Source of the DNA: an uncultured Pseudomonadota bacterium
Lineage (GTDB): Bacteria > Desulfobacterota > Binatia > Binatales > Binataceae
Length of the DNA stretch: 64,000 bases
NCBI GenBank assembly: GCA_963805995.1
Contig: CAWDWL010000002.1
Coordinates: 135,773 to 199,772, forward strand
Direction of reading: 5' to 3'
Position numbers and translations under genes: made by a program
Notes under the pieces: generated by a model
Databases searched by the model: none
What the model saw: only the letters and a program-made list of their open reading frames with translations
Told to the model about the DNA's origin: nothing
In this document: piece by piece, positions 29,465-39,708 of the stretch
Layout of the letters: each line of letters opens with the position of its first letter
Position numbering within the stretch: the first letter of the stretch is position 1

Positions 29465-31089
29465 TCTGGGGCTGCGGCGTTAAGGTCTGCGTCCGGCGCA
29501 GCATGGCTAATGCCGATCAATTCGGCATCAGGGGTCCGCACGCAAAACCGCGCAAAGGTCTCATCGGGCAGGCGGCGCTGCAGGTAGCCCGCCACCAGCC
29601 GGCTCACATAGTCTTCCACCAACGCCGAGGGCACCCGGCGCAATACCGGTTTTCCGATCGCGGCATCCTTGCCCAAGCCGCCGCGCAAGATGATATCGAA
29701 GGCTTCCAGGGGTTCGCCGTTGGGTCCGCGCCCCGTGGTCCCCTGCAAACCGATATCACCGGTCCAATGCTGGGCGCAGGCGTGGGGACAGCCATCAAGG
29801 TTGAGCTTGAGCCCCGCGACCTGATCGCCGAAATCGCCGACCAGCCGCTCGATTATCGTGGCCAGCTTGGTCTTGGTCGGGGTCACCGCGTAATTGCAGT
29901 GGGGGTCGCCGATACAGCCGATCGACGAGGCGTACAGGCCGTTGGCGTCCAGTGGAAACCCCGCTTCGGCGACCCGGCCGATCACTTCGTCCAGGCGCTC
30001 GCGCGGAATGCCGGTCAGGATAAAGTTCTGGCGGCGGGTGAGCCGGATATCGCCGCCGTAGCTCTCCGCGATCCCGGCTACCTGACGCATCTGGCTCCCG
30101 CTCATGGTTCCGAGATATACGGGAAAACCGGCGTAGTAGAGGCCGGCTTGCCGCTGCTCGTTGATACCCATGTGGTCGCCGTCACGATCGGGCAGCGGCA
30201 ACTCGGCCAGCGGTTCCAATTCCCGGCCCAGGCGCTTTTCCACCAGCTTGCGGAATTCGTCGGGTCCATAATCGTCGATCATGAACTTCAGCCGCGCTTT
30301 GACCCGCGAGATCCGGTACTCGGTGGTCGATTGCCACACGTCGATGATTGCCCGCAGCAAGGGCATCGCTTCTTGCGGTTGCACGAATACGCCCAGATGG
30401 CGCGACAGGCGCGGGGTCGAAGATTGTCCACCGCCGACCCGCACCGCGAATCCCGCAGTACCATCCTTGATGAACCCGACCAGGGCGACGCAATTGATCT
30501 CGGGCGCGTTGCACTGGTAATGGCACGACGAAACGGTGATCTTGTGCTTGCGCGGCAGGTCGGAATAGTCGCGGTTGCCGTAGAAAAAGCCGGCCGCCTC
30601 AGACAGCAGGCCGGTGACGTCGAAATATTCCTCCCGATTGACGCCGCCGACCGGGCATCCGGTGATATTGCGCACCACGTCACCGCATCCACCCAGTGTG
30701 GTCAGGCCGGCGCTCTTGAGCTTTTCGAAAACATCCGGAAAACGGTCCAGCGTTATGTAATGCAGTTGGATGTTCTGGCGGGTGGTTAATTCGCCTTGGT
30801 CGCGGCCGAATTCCTCGGAGATTTCACCGATGGTGCGCAAGCCCGCGGGCGTCAGGATTCCGCCGGGAATCTTGACCCGCATCATAAAGGTTCCGACCTT
30901 CGGCTTGTCGTGATAAAGCCCGTACCATTGGAGGCGGACAATGTCCTCTTCGGGCAATTTTTCGTACGAGGTCTCGGCCAGACGATTCCACTGGCTCCAC
31001 AGCTCGGTCGGGAACAGTTCGCGCTTGAGGCGCTCGACCGAGTTGCGCTTGAGCACCAAATCCCATGTCGGGGGCTCACGTCTGGGCAC
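29461..31089 (-). CDS. sir: assimilatory sulfite reductase (sirohaem / 4Fe-4S nitrite/sulfite reductase family), 542 aa
   Basis: Nitrite/sulfite reductase ferredoxin-like half-domains and Cys cluster region …SSIGCIGDPHCNYAVTPTK…DGCPHACAQHW…; ATGA overlap with cysH. Confidence 0.9.
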   Translation of the reverse strand: MPRREPPTWDLVLKRNSVERLKRELFPTELWSQWNRLAETSYEKLPEEDIVRLQWYGLYHDKPKVGTFMMRVKIPGGILTPAGLRTIGEISEEFGRDQGELTTRQNIQLHYITLDRFPDVFEKLKSAGLTTLGGCGDVVRNITGCPVGGVNREEYFDVTGLLSEAAGFFYGNRDYSDLPRKHKITVSSCHYQCNAPEINCVALVGFIKDGTAGFAVRVGGGQSSTPRLSRHLGVFVQPQEAMPLLRAIIDVWQSTTEYRISRVKARLKFMIDDYGPDEFRKLVEKRLGRELEPLAELPLPDRDGDHMGINEQRQAGLYYAGFPVYLGTMSGSQMRQVAGIAESYGGDIRLTRRQNFILTGIPRERLDEVIGRVAEAGFPLDANGLYASSIGCIGDPHCNYAVTPTKTKLATIIERLVGDFGDQVAGLKLNLDGCPHACAQHWTGDIGLQGTTGRGPNGEPLEAFDIILRGGLGKDAAIGKPVLRRVPSALVEDYVSRLVAGYLQRRLPDETFARFCVRTPDAELIGISHAAPDADLNAAAPE

Positions 31090-31108
31090 GGCGCAGGTCT
31101 CCTTTACC

Positions 31109-31151
31109 TTGACTTATGAGCAAAGGTAACTTAGATGACCTACTTAGTCAA
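31109..31151. promoter_or_regulatory. imperfect palindrome in the divergent promoter between sulfite reductase and the Rrf2 regulator (candidate Rrf2/CymR-type operator)
   Basis: TTGACTTATGAG (31109-31120) … CTACTTAGTCAA (31140-31151), 10/12 reverse-complementary, in an AT-rich 120-bp intergenic region. Confidence 0.3.
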
Positions 31152-31210
31152 TTATTCTTGACGCGGCACGAATTGGGGATATCGGTGGACCAGAAAAAGG
31201 CCGAAAAGAA

Positions 31211-31648
31211 ATGAAATTTGGCGTTGGGGTCGATTATTCGCTGAAAGCGTTGCTGGTGCTGGCGGAACGCTATCCCAGTGTCCAGCCGCTGCAGGTGGAA
31301 GCGATCGCGACGGCTCAGGGCATTCCGGAAAATTACCTGCGGCGCCTGCTGATCTCGCTCAAGCGCGGCGGTCTGGTGCTCAGCCAGAAAGGTCCCAGCG
31401 GCGGCTATATCCTGGCCCGTCCACCTTCGCGAATCACGATGGCGGACGTGGTCGAGTTGATCGAGGGCGACTACGTGCCGGTGGAATGCCTGGAGGAAGG
31501 CGCCAACTCGCCGTGCCGGCGCGACCAGACCTGCGCGATGCGCGATGTGTGGCGCCAGGTCCGTGACCAGGTCAACTCGATCCTGCGCTCGACGACTTTG
31601 GAGATGCTGGCCAGCAAGCGCAAAGCCGCCCACACCTTTCATATCTAG
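31211..31648 (+). CDS. Rrf2-family transcriptional regulator (IscR/CymR-like)
   Basis: MKFGVGVDYSLKALLVLAERYPSVQPLQVEAIATAQGIPENYLRRLLISLKRGGLVLSQKGPSGGYILARPP… canonical Rrf2 HTH. Confidence 0.85.
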   Translation: MKFGVGVDYSLKALLVLAERYPSVQPLQVEAIATAQGIPENYLRRLLISLKRGGLVLSQKGPSGGYILARPPSRITMADVVELIEGDYVPVECLEEGANSPCRRDQTCAMRDVWRQVRDQVNSILRSTTLEMLASKRKAAHTFHI

Positions 31649-31733
31649 CGCCGTTGACAGGGGGCGGGGGAATCCAACCAGAGCCGCGAGCGCTGTGATT
31701 CCCTCGCGTCGCGGCTCTGATTTTCACCAATTG

Positions 31734-32456
31734 TCAGGCCAATCCGTAGACCGGAACCACCGCGCCCGAGGTGACCTGGTTGAGTTCCGAGCACAGGAAC
31801 GAGAGGGTCTTGGCGATATCCTCGGGCTTCACCCAGCGCTCATGCTTGGCGTTGGGCATCGACTTGCGGTTGGCCTCGGTGTCGATCGTGCTGGGTGCGA
31901 TCGCGTTGACCAGGACGCCGTCGCTGAGCACCTCCTCGGCCAGCGAATAGGTGAAAGTGGCGATGGCGCCTTTGGCAATCGCATAAGCGGCATAGTCGCC
32001 GGCGCCCATCAGGCCGCTGCGCGAGGCGACCGACACGATCCGGCCGAACTTGTTCTTCTGCATGATCGGCACGACCGCCTTACAACATAGAAAGGTCGGC
32101 TTGAGATTGAGGTCGAACATCGCCTGCCACTCGTCGACAGTGGTCTCCGAGATCGGTTTGCCGCCCCAGAAACCGCCGACCAGGTTGACCAGCGCGTCGA
32201 TCCGGCCGAATTTCTTTACCGTCTCATCGACGAACTTGGCCAGTTGGCCGGCGTTGGAGACGTCAACCTTGCTCACCAGCAGGTCGGATTTTGCAAAGCG
32301 GCCGCCCAGCCGTTGCTCGAGCAACGGCACTTCCGCGTCAACGATGTAGGGGATGGCGACTTTTCCGCCTTCGCTCAGAAAGCGTTCCGCAACGGCGCGC
32401 CCCAGCGCTCCGGAACCGCCGGTTATGATTGCGACTTTGTCTTGCAGTAGCGCCAT
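31734..32456 (-). CDS. SDR-family oxidoreductase
   Basis: …VAIITGGSGALGRAVAERF… Rossmann motif; …YAAYAIAKGAI… catalytic YxxxK. Confidence 0.85.
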   Translation of the reverse strand: MALLQDKVAIITGGSGALGRAVAERFLSEGGKVAIPYIVDAEVPLLEQRLGGRFAKSDLLVSKVDVSNAGQLAKFVDETVKKFGRIDALVNLVGGFWGGKPISETTVDEWQAMFDLNLKPTFLCCKAVVPIMQKNKFGRIVSVASRSGLMGAGDYAAYAIAKGAIATFTYSLAEEVLSDGVLVNAIAPSTIDTEANRKSMPNAKHERWVKPEDIAKTLSFLCSELNQVTSGAVVPVYGLA

Positions 32457-32639
32457 GGCTGATACTCCTTATGGATCGCAGCCCTTATAGCGCGGTTCGC
32501 GGATATGGTCGAGTCGCCGCGTTGGCGCAGTGAGGGGGGAATCGCTACCATTGAATTCCTGCGAACTCAGGACATTTCCGCAATTTGACGGTAGCCGCCT
32601 CGTTTGATAGCCGAACAGGTTCATCGAGGAGGATTAGCT

Positions 32640-33518
32640 GTGGGCAAGATCAAGGTGGAAGGAGCGGTAGATCTTCACTGCCACTATGGGCCTGACTTTA
32701 TCAATCCGGCCCACAACGTCCAGGCCTCGGTGACCGCGATCCAGGCGGCGCAGGAGGCGGCGGACGCCGGCTTTGCCGCAATTGTCCTCAAGTCTCACGA
32801 TTTTCCCACTGCCGCCCTCGCATACACGCTCAATCAAGTGGTTCCAAATGTGCGGACTTTCGGCGCCATCACGCTCGATCACCAGGTCGGCGGCCTCAAC
32901 CCTTGGGCGGTGGAGCACGCCCTGCGCCTGGGCGCCAAAATAGTGTGGCTGCCCACTGTGGCCAGCCATCAGGACTATCTCAACGGCCTCGGCCCCCGCC
33001 TGGGATACCCGGGCACCGGTATCCGCACCACCGACGATGAGGGCAAGCTGCTGCCCGTGGTTCGGGAGATTATCGAGATGGTCGCCCGGCACGACGCCAT
33101 CCTCGCCACCGGCCACATCACTGCCGACGAGAATTACGCGGTCGCACGGGAGTTCGCGCGGCGCGGACGCGTCATCGTGACCCACGCCGGAGAACCCGCG
33201 GCGGGGCCGCATCTGACCAAGGCGCAATGCGCCGAACTGGCTAATCTCGGTGCGTTTATCGAGCTGACCGCGCAAGAGTGCGTGCCGCACCTCGGTTACC
33301 CGCCATGTCCACTTAAGGAAGTGGCGCAACGTATCGACGCAATCGGACCGCAGCAATGCGTGCTCTCGACCGACTACGGTTATTCGACCGAAGTCCCGCG
33401 TCCCGCGCCGGGAATGCGCGACTACCTCGATGGGCTATGGGAGATCGGCGTTGCGGAAGCGAAGCTGAAGCTCATGGCGGCGGATAATTCAGCACGCCTG
33501 CTCGGGCTTAAGGGCTGA
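32640..33518 (+). CDS. putative metal-dependent TIM-barrel hydrolase (amidohydrolase-like; possibly DUF6282-type)
   Basis: GTG start at 32640 preceded by GAGGAGG; …VDLHCHYGPDF… HxH metal motif near N-terminus. Confidence 0.6.
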   Translation: MGKIKVEGAVDLHCHYGPDFINPAHNVQASVTAIQAAQEAADAGFAAIVLKSHDFPTAALAYTLNQVVPNVRTFGAITLDHQVGGLNPWAVEHALRLGAKIVWLPTVASHQDYLNGLGPRLGYPGTGIRTTDDEGKLLPVVREIIEMVARHDAILATGHITADENYAVAREFARRGRVIVTHAGEPAAGPHLTKAQCAELANLGAFIELTAQECVPHLGYPPCPLKEVAQRIDAIGPQQCVLSTDYGYSTEVPRPAPGMRDYLDGLWEIGVAEAKLKLMAADNSARLLGLKG

Positions 33519-33640
33519 CGGGGTTCATATACTCCCGTATAGCCGTTCACTGACTTCCTGCAGCCGGGACGAGATGGCTGGCCAGTTGCTGGTCTGCGCC
33601 AGTCTGAATCTTCAGCCGCTTAATGATGAGGCGCTCTTCC

Positions 33641-34912
33641 TCAGGCTAGCTCCGTTGGCGTGCGAATCCCGGTCGATCTCGCAGTGAACTTGACCGGCAT
33701 GTGTTTGATTCCCGCAAAGCCGTTGGACGCCAACCGCTGCACGTCACCGGCCAGAGAAATGTCTGGAATCCGGCGCCACAGTTCTTCAAGCAGCAATCGG
33801 ATCTCCATCCGCGCCAGATGAGCGCCCAGACAGAAGTGTTCCCCGTAGCCGAGCGCGATGTGGTTGTTGGGAGTGCGGGTGATGTCAAAGCGCTCGGGAT
33901 CGGGGAAGACCCGCTCGTCATGATCTGCCGACGCCATCCAGACGGCCACGCGCTCACCGGCTTTTATTTTCTTGCCGCCAATCTCAACATCGACGGTTGC
34001 AGTCCGGCCGAGCTGAGTGACCGGGGTTGTGAATCGCAGGATTTCCTCGATTGCAGTGGGCATCAGGCCGGCGTTTTCTCCCAACCGCCGCCAATCGTCA
34101 GGTTGACGTATGAACTGGAGTATCCCTCCGGAGAGGGCGTTGCGCGTGGTCTCAAATCCTCCGGAAATAAACATAAAACCGTTGGCGGCCAGTTCCGAAT
34201 CGCTGAGCTTCTTGCCGAACAGTTCGACATTCCCAAGCATACCCAGGAGATCGTCAGCCTGCAGGCCGCGCCGCTTTTTAGCCAGTGCCGTGGTATAAGT
34301 GTAAATCTCGCCGTAACCATGCCGCTGCGTATCGACGGCCGAATTGTTGATCTGGTATTCAGCGTCTTCGGGTCCCATTGCCATGTTGATCCAATGGAAA
34401 ATATTGTCCCAATCGCTCCGGTCGATACCCATCAATTCGCAGATGACCGCCATCGGCAGGCGGGCCGCGATATCAATAACGAAATCACACTTACCCCGCG
34501 GGGCGACGCTGTCGATCAGCTCGGTGACGATCATCCGGACCCGGGCTTCCATCCGGCGGATGGCAGTGGGCAGCAGTTGATTGCGGAAAGCCTTGCGCTC
34601 TTCGAGATGGAGCGGATTGTCCGACATAACCAGCATCAGGCCCGCACCGCGTTCCACAGGCGCGACGGCTTCGAGTTCGGGACTGCTTTTCGTAACGATG
34701 CCATTGAGCGCAGAGCTGAAGGTCTTGGCGTCGCCATAGACTGCGCGGCAATCGTCATATCGAAAGACCCCCCAAATCCCTTCATGCAGGTCGCCTTTAC
34801 ACCAATGGACGGGATCGTTGTCGCGCATCAGTTTAAACAGCGGATACGGGTCGTTGTGGGCGAACCACTGGGCATCGGTCAGCTTGAGGTCACATTCGTG
34901 CAGGTTCATCAC
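33641..34912 (-). CDS. cytochrome P450
   Basis: Haem-binding FxxGxHxCxG (…ALGYGEHFCLGAHLAR…), ExxR (…EEILRF…), I-helix …GGFETT…. Confidence 0.9.
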   Translation of the reverse strand: MMNLHECDLKLTDAQWFAHNDPYPLFKLMRDNDPVHWCKGDLHEGIWGVFRYDDCRAVYGDAKTFSSALNGIVTKSSPELEAVAPVERGAGLMLVMSDNPLHLEERKAFRNQLLPTAIRRMEARVRMIVTELIDSVAPRGKCDFVIDIAARLPMAVICELMGIDRSDWDNIFHWINMAMGPEDAEYQINNSAVDTQRHGYGEIYTYTTALAKKRRGLQADDLLGMLGNVELFGKKLSDSELAANGFMFISGGFETTRNALSGGILQFIRQPDDWRRLGENAGLMPTAIEEILRFTTPVTQLGRTATVDVEIGGKKIKAGERVAVWMASADHDERVFPDPERFDITRTPNNHIALGYGEHFCLGAHLARMEIRLLLEELWRRIPDISLAGDVQRLASNGFAGIKHMPVKFTARSTGIRTPTELA

Positions 34913-35016
34913 ATCACCTCAAATGAAATTGGTTACGTTTCTTCTGTAGCCCTGGCAATAGGACAGCAGGCGCGCCACCCTTCGTATTGTGATAGATCCA
35001 TGCATACCAATTTAGC

Positions 35017-35427
35017 TTGGGTGAGGTAGGACCAATGGGAGAACTCAAACACTACAATCCTAAAGAGATGCTCAGTCATTTCCAGGAGTTCAAGTATTCG
35101 GCAGCGGTTGCGCACGGCGACCTGTTGTTCTGCTCCGGCGTAATCGGCCTTATGCCCGACGGCACCATCCCGGACGATCCCGAGACCCAGTTTACCCGGG
35201 CCTTCGAACTGCTGGGGCAGGTATTGGCCGAGGCGGGCGCCAGCTATGGGGATATTATCGAGTTGCTCACCCTTCATTTTGAACTAACCAAGCATGCGCC
35301 AACGTTCATGAAGGTAAGGGATCGCTACCTGAAGGCGCCCTATCCGGCGTGGACCGCGACCAGCGTGGCGGAAGTCGCCGGCGGCGCCTTGGTTGAAATC
35401 AAAGTGACTGCCCGGCTGCAGCGCTAA
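35017..35427 (+). CDS. RidA/YjgF-family protein (reactive intermediate deaminase-like)
   Basis: 136 aa; …AVAHGDLLFCSGVIGLMPDG… and C-terminal …ATSVAEVAGGALVEIKVTA… typical of RidA fold. Confidence 0.75.
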   Translation: MGEVGPMGELKHYNPKEMLSHFQEFKYSAAVAHGDLLFCSGVIGLMPDGTIPDDPETQFTRAFELLGQVLAEAGASYGDIIELLTLHFELTKHAPTFMKVRDRYLKAPYPAWTATSVAEVAGGALVEIKVTARLQR

Positions 35428-35777
35428 CAGGCTGCGGAAAAAGTCTCCACAGCTTGCTCCCTATTTCTTATCTTCGCCGGTCAGAGACCGTCGATAAACT
35501 CCTAAACCTACCTCGCCCGCGTCTGCGGACTTGGGTACCAAAAGGCCCACGCCGCGAGAGGTAGGCGCGCGATTTGCGCCAGCAAGTCGCGTGACGGGTG
35601 CGGGCGCAGGCGCCCAGCAAGGAGGCGTCATGCAGGCAGAATCTCCTTGTGCACCAATGCCTTATCCTGCTTGAGGTGTATCAGAACCCTTTTCCTTCGC
35701 CCTCTCCCACAACTGAATGTGGGCGAGGGAACACAACCAAGCTCCATTGCGCGACCGCGCTACCAAGCGCTCTGACC

Positions 35778-37106
35778 TTACCTGATAAGGTTGTTGTCAT
35801 GCAGCGCCTGTTCCAGCGCGTTGAGGAATGAATCAATATCCGCAATAGTCATCGGCGCGCAGAGCACAAACAAACCCAGCGCCGGCGCCAGGAAGCCCTG
35901 CACGGCCAGACTGAAACAGAGGTTTACTACTATTTGTCGATCGCCGGTAGTGAACGATGGATAGTCAACCACTTTAGTCGGCGTCCAGTGGATCCCGACA
36001 AACTGGCCGATTCCAGTCGCCTGCAGCGGTACCTTGTGCTTGTGCGCGATTGCCGCGATGCCGTCGCGCATGTGGTCGCCCAGTTTGTGTAGATGGCGAT
36101 GGACGTCGGGGGTGAGCTGTCTGAGGGTCGCGAGTCCGGAGGCCAGGCAGATCGGCATCCCGCCCATGGTCGCCGCGATCCCCAAAGGCGGATTGCCGTT
36201 GTGCTGCAATGAATCGAGCAGCCCCATCACGTCCCGGCGTCCGCCGTAAGCTGACAGAGGTAGTCCGCCGCCGATCGCTTTGCCAAAAGTCGTCAGGTCC
36301 GGCGTGATCCCGTAAAGGCCCTGCGCGCCGCCGACATCCAGGGGCATCGTCACAACCTCATCCAGAATCAGCAGGATGCCGTACTTGTAAGTGAGTTCAC
36401 GTATGGCATGGACGAACTCCCGCTTGTTTACGAGAAATCCGCAGACTCCCATGATCGGTTCCAACAGCACCGCCGCGAGATTGTCCTTCTCGCGCTCGAT
36501 AATTTTCTCGCAGGCGGCGATATCGTTGGGCGGCAACAGCACTACGTCCTGCTGGGTCCCCGGAATCAATCCGGGCGGAACATACTTTGGATCGGTATTA
36601 AGCCCGTTACTGATCACCAGCACGTCAGCGGTGCCATGATAGGCGCCCGAAAGTTTGGCGATTTTGCCCCGCCCGGTGAAGGTACGCGCGAGGCGCATTG
36701 CGTTCTGGTTGGCCTCGGTGCCGGAAGTCGCAAACCTGATCATTTCGACCGACGGCATCCGTTGATGGACCAAACTGGCCAATTCGTAACCGAGCTCGGC
36801 CGCGGGCCCGCCGAAGGTCGTGCCCTTGGCAAGCTGTGCCGCGATTGCCTCATTGACCTGCTGGTTGCCGCGCCCCAGCGGCATCAGCCAGTCGCCGTCG
36901 AAGAGGTCCAGATAGCGGTTGCCATCGATGTCCCAGATATAGGCGCCGTCGCCGTGGTCGAGAAACACCTCATACGGGTACTGGATGAAGCCCAAACCGC
37001 TAGGGCTTCCCTGCGGAATCAAAGGCGCGACGCGTTCGAACTCCGCGCGCGACTTGGGGGTCTTTTCCTTATAGGCCTCTATCAAATGTCCAGGAATGCC
37101 AGGCAT
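35778..37106 (-). CDS. class III (omega-type) PLP-dependent aminotransferase
   Basis: 442 aa; …LILDEVVTMP…TTFGKAIGGGLP… PLP-lysine region. Confidence 0.85.
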   Translation of the reverse strand: MPGIPGHLIEAYKEKTPKSRAEFERVAPLIPQGSPSGLGFIQYPYEVFLDHGDGAYIWDIDGNRYLDLFDGDWLMPLGRGNQQVNEAIAAQLAKGTTFGGPAAELGYELASLVHQRMPSVEMIRFATSGTEANQNAMRLARTFTGRGKIAKLSGAYHGTADVLVISNGLNTDPKYVPPGLIPGTQQDVVLLPPNDIAACEKIIEREKDNLAAVLLEPIMGVCGFLVNKREFVHAIRELTYKYGILLILDEVVTMPLDVGGAQGLYGITPDLTTFGKAIGGGLPLSAYGGRRDVMGLLDSLQHNGNPPLGIAATMGGMPICLASGLATLRQLTPDVHRHLHKLGDHMRDGIAAIAHKHKVPLQATGIGQFVGIHWTPTKVVDYPSFTTGDRQIVVNLCFSLAVQGFLAPALGLFVLCAPMTIADIDSFLNALEQALHDNNLIR

Positions 37107-37145
37107 GGATCCATCCTCCTTGTTTAGTTTTTCAAACCTCAGAGT

Positions 37146-38402
37146 TCAGGCGGCAAGAGCACGCTCAGGTTGAAACTTAATCGGCAACCGCTTGATCCCT
37201 GCAAGCACGACCGAGGCCACGCGTTCGACCTCGCCGTCCAATGCGGGCGCGGGCATGCGCGCGATTTGTTCCTCCAGAACCAGTCGCATTTCGAGCCGCG
37301 CCAAATGAGCGCCGATACAAAAATGCTCGCCGTAGGCAAAGGCAAAGTGCTCGTTAGGTTTGCGGCCCACGTCAAAGGCGTCGGGGTGGGTAAAGGCGGC
37401 TTCATCGCGATTGGCGGACATATTCCAGACCACCACCCAATCCCCGGCAGCAATCTTGCGTCCCGCCAGTTCGGTGTCTTTGATTGCGACTCGCATCGAA
37501 TGTGCGATTGGACTGGTCCATCGCAGTATTTCTTCGACCGCGGCCGGTACCAGTGTGCGGTCTTCGCGCAGGCGCCGCATCTGGCCGGGATTTTGGATAA
37601 GCGCCAGCATTCCGCCCGCGATCGCGTTGCGCGTGGTGTCGAGGCCGCCGATCACGAAGTTCCAGACATTGTATCCCACCTGCTCGGGAGTAAGCAGCTT
37701 TCCCAGCACCTGCGCATTGGCGATCAACGTGAGAAAATCATCGCCCTCCTTGCCCCGCCGGGACATCCCGAGATCAGTGCAGTAGTCTGAGGCGGAGCGC
37801 CACGCGTTCGCGGCAGTTTCGGCGGCGGTGGAGTCGCCATGATACTCGGGATCCTCGGGGCCAAGCACCTCGTTGACCTTTTGAAAAAGCATCTCCCAAT
37901 CTTTGCGCGGAATCTGCAACATGTCCCACGTGAACGCCATCGGCAGCCGCGCCGCGACCTCGCCGACAAACTCGCATCGGCCGCGGGGCAAAATCTCATC
38001 AAAAATTTCCTTGATAAGGACCCGTCCCGATTCCTGATACTGCTTCATAGCGCGGGGCAGGAAAGGTGGATTGAGCGCCTTGCGCAATCCACGATGGAAT
38101 TCCCCATCGGTAGCGACCAACAGTTTGTTGCATCCCAGCATTTCCGGGGTCACGGCCGCTTCGACCTCGGGACTGGAAGGCAAACCGACGCTGCGCACGC
38201 TGTTGGCGAAGATTTCCGAAGCTCCCGCAAAAACCGTATAGGCCTCGCTGTGACGGAAAATCGACCAGAAACCATGCTCGAGCCTGCCTTTGGTCCAGTG
38301 AACCGGATCCGCGTTGCGCGCGCGCCTGAACAATTCGTGAGCATCGCCCTTTGCGAAGAACACCGGGTCGGTCAGATTAATGTCGTCCTGCTTCGAAAGC
38401 AT
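37146..38402 (-). CDS. cytochrome P450 (paralog of 33641..34912)
   Basis: …FAYGEHFCIGAHLAR… haem loop, …EEILRW… ExxR, …GGLDTT… I-helix. Confidence 0.9.
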   Translation of the reverse strand: MLSKQDDINLTDPVFFAKGDAHELFRRARNADPVHWTKGRLEHGFWSIFRHSEAYTVFAGASEIFANSVRSVGLPSSPEVEAAVTPEMLGCNKLLVATDGEFHRGLRKALNPPFLPRAMKQYQESGRVLIKEIFDEILPRGRCEFVGEVAARLPMAFTWDMLQIPRKDWEMLFQKVNEVLGPEDPEYHGDSTAAETAANAWRSASDYCTDLGMSRRGKEGDDFLTLIANAQVLGKLLTPEQVGYNVWNFVIGGLDTTRNAIAGGMLALIQNPGQMRRLREDRTLVPAAVEEILRWTSPIAHSMRVAIKDTELAGRKIAAGDWVVVWNMSANRDEAAFTHPDAFDVGRKPNEHFAFAYGEHFCIGAHLARLEMRLVLEEQIARMPAPALDGEVERVASVVLAGIKRLPIKFQPERALAA

Positions 38403-38467
38403 GCGCGGTCCTCCGCTATTTTCCGGAGAAAGAAGGTTGTGTCAGAATTCGGGTCTCCGCATTTTTC

Positions 38468-39596
38468 TTATAATCGATACAGTTCGGCGGCCGCTCTTCC
38501 CAGTATCCATTCCTGATCCGATTCCGAAAGCATCGCGATATGTTCGCGTATTTCGGGCAGCGGATTGGCGGGCGCATCGATATGCGGATAGTCGGTCGCC
38601 CACAGCATCCGCCGGGCTCCGATTTTTCCTGAAACGCTCGAAATAGTGCTTTCATCCACCTCGGTCGAAATCCAGCAATGTTCACGGAATAGCTCACTCG
38701 GCTTTTTTCCCAGTCGCGAGGCCCAGCCGAAGATGTGGTACTTTTCGTCGCCCCGTTCGAGCCAGTGGGGCAGCCATCCTGCGCCGACTTCGAGAACCAC
38801 ATAACGGAGCCGGGGAAACCGATCGAACACCCCGTCCTGCATTACGCAGCTCAAGGAAAGCTGGGTCTCGCCAGGCAGTTGCATCAGATAAAGCCAGGGC
38901 TGAACGGACCGATGCAGCTTCGATCCATGAAACGTTGGCCGCACCTGGACGTGGGTCGAGACCGGAAGCCCTGCCGCCTCCGCCGCGGCCCAGAACGGGT
39001 CGTAATAGCTGTCGCCGACGGAGACGCCGCGCAGCGGGGCAGGGGTATAGAAGATGCCCTTGGCCTTGCCCCTGACGCGCTCTACCTCCTGGACCGCGAG
39101 GTTGACGTCGCGCAGGTTGATATGAGCGATCGGAATCAGACGGTCAGGGTATTTCGAACAATAGTCAAAAGCGTAGTTGTTATAGGCACGGCAATAAGCA
39201 GCCGAAAGCTCCGGGTCCGTGCATTCTTCTTCCCAGCAAATCGCGATCGTGCCGTACAGGATCGCGATATCAATGCCCTCCGCGTCCATCTCGCGGATAC
39301 GAGCATCGGGGTCGATCCCACCCGGCGTGCGCTGGGCAATTTCCCAGTAAGTATATTTACCGGGAATCGAGAGATCGGCACAGTCCTGGTAGGCGCCGCC
39401 GAGCGTGCCAAGGGTGCCGCCATTGGTGGTGACACTCATGCGCCGATCAATCTCAAGGTACTCAAGGCCCTTCTGCGTCCTTGCTGATCCGCATCGCGCG
39501 GTCGCGATATTTCGGTTCAAGGTACCGCTCCCATAGATCTTGCGGTTCGAGAAAATGACCGTCAGCATCCACCACCAGAGGCTTCGACACGGTTTG
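38468..39596 (-). CDS. amidohydrolase-2 family protein (PF04909-type) with apparent frameshift near 39470-39500
   Basis: Canonical N-terminus MGGQTVSKPLVVDADGHFLEPQDLWERYLEPKYRDRAMRISKDAEG (start 39596, stop after about 47 codons) continues in another frame as ORF 38468..39568 (…ILYGT…WATDYPHID…). Confidence 0.6.
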
Positions 39597-39708
39597 CCCT
39601 CCCATAATTATTCCAGATCCCTAACGAGATCCCAGCTTGTTACATAGCAATAATCCCGCTGTGCAAGAGTGCCTTCGGCTGAACGAAACTCAATTGCAAA
39701 GCCGGTCT

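Noticed and set aside
29503-30789. 428-aa + strand ORF
   Set aside because: Antisense to sulfite reductase.
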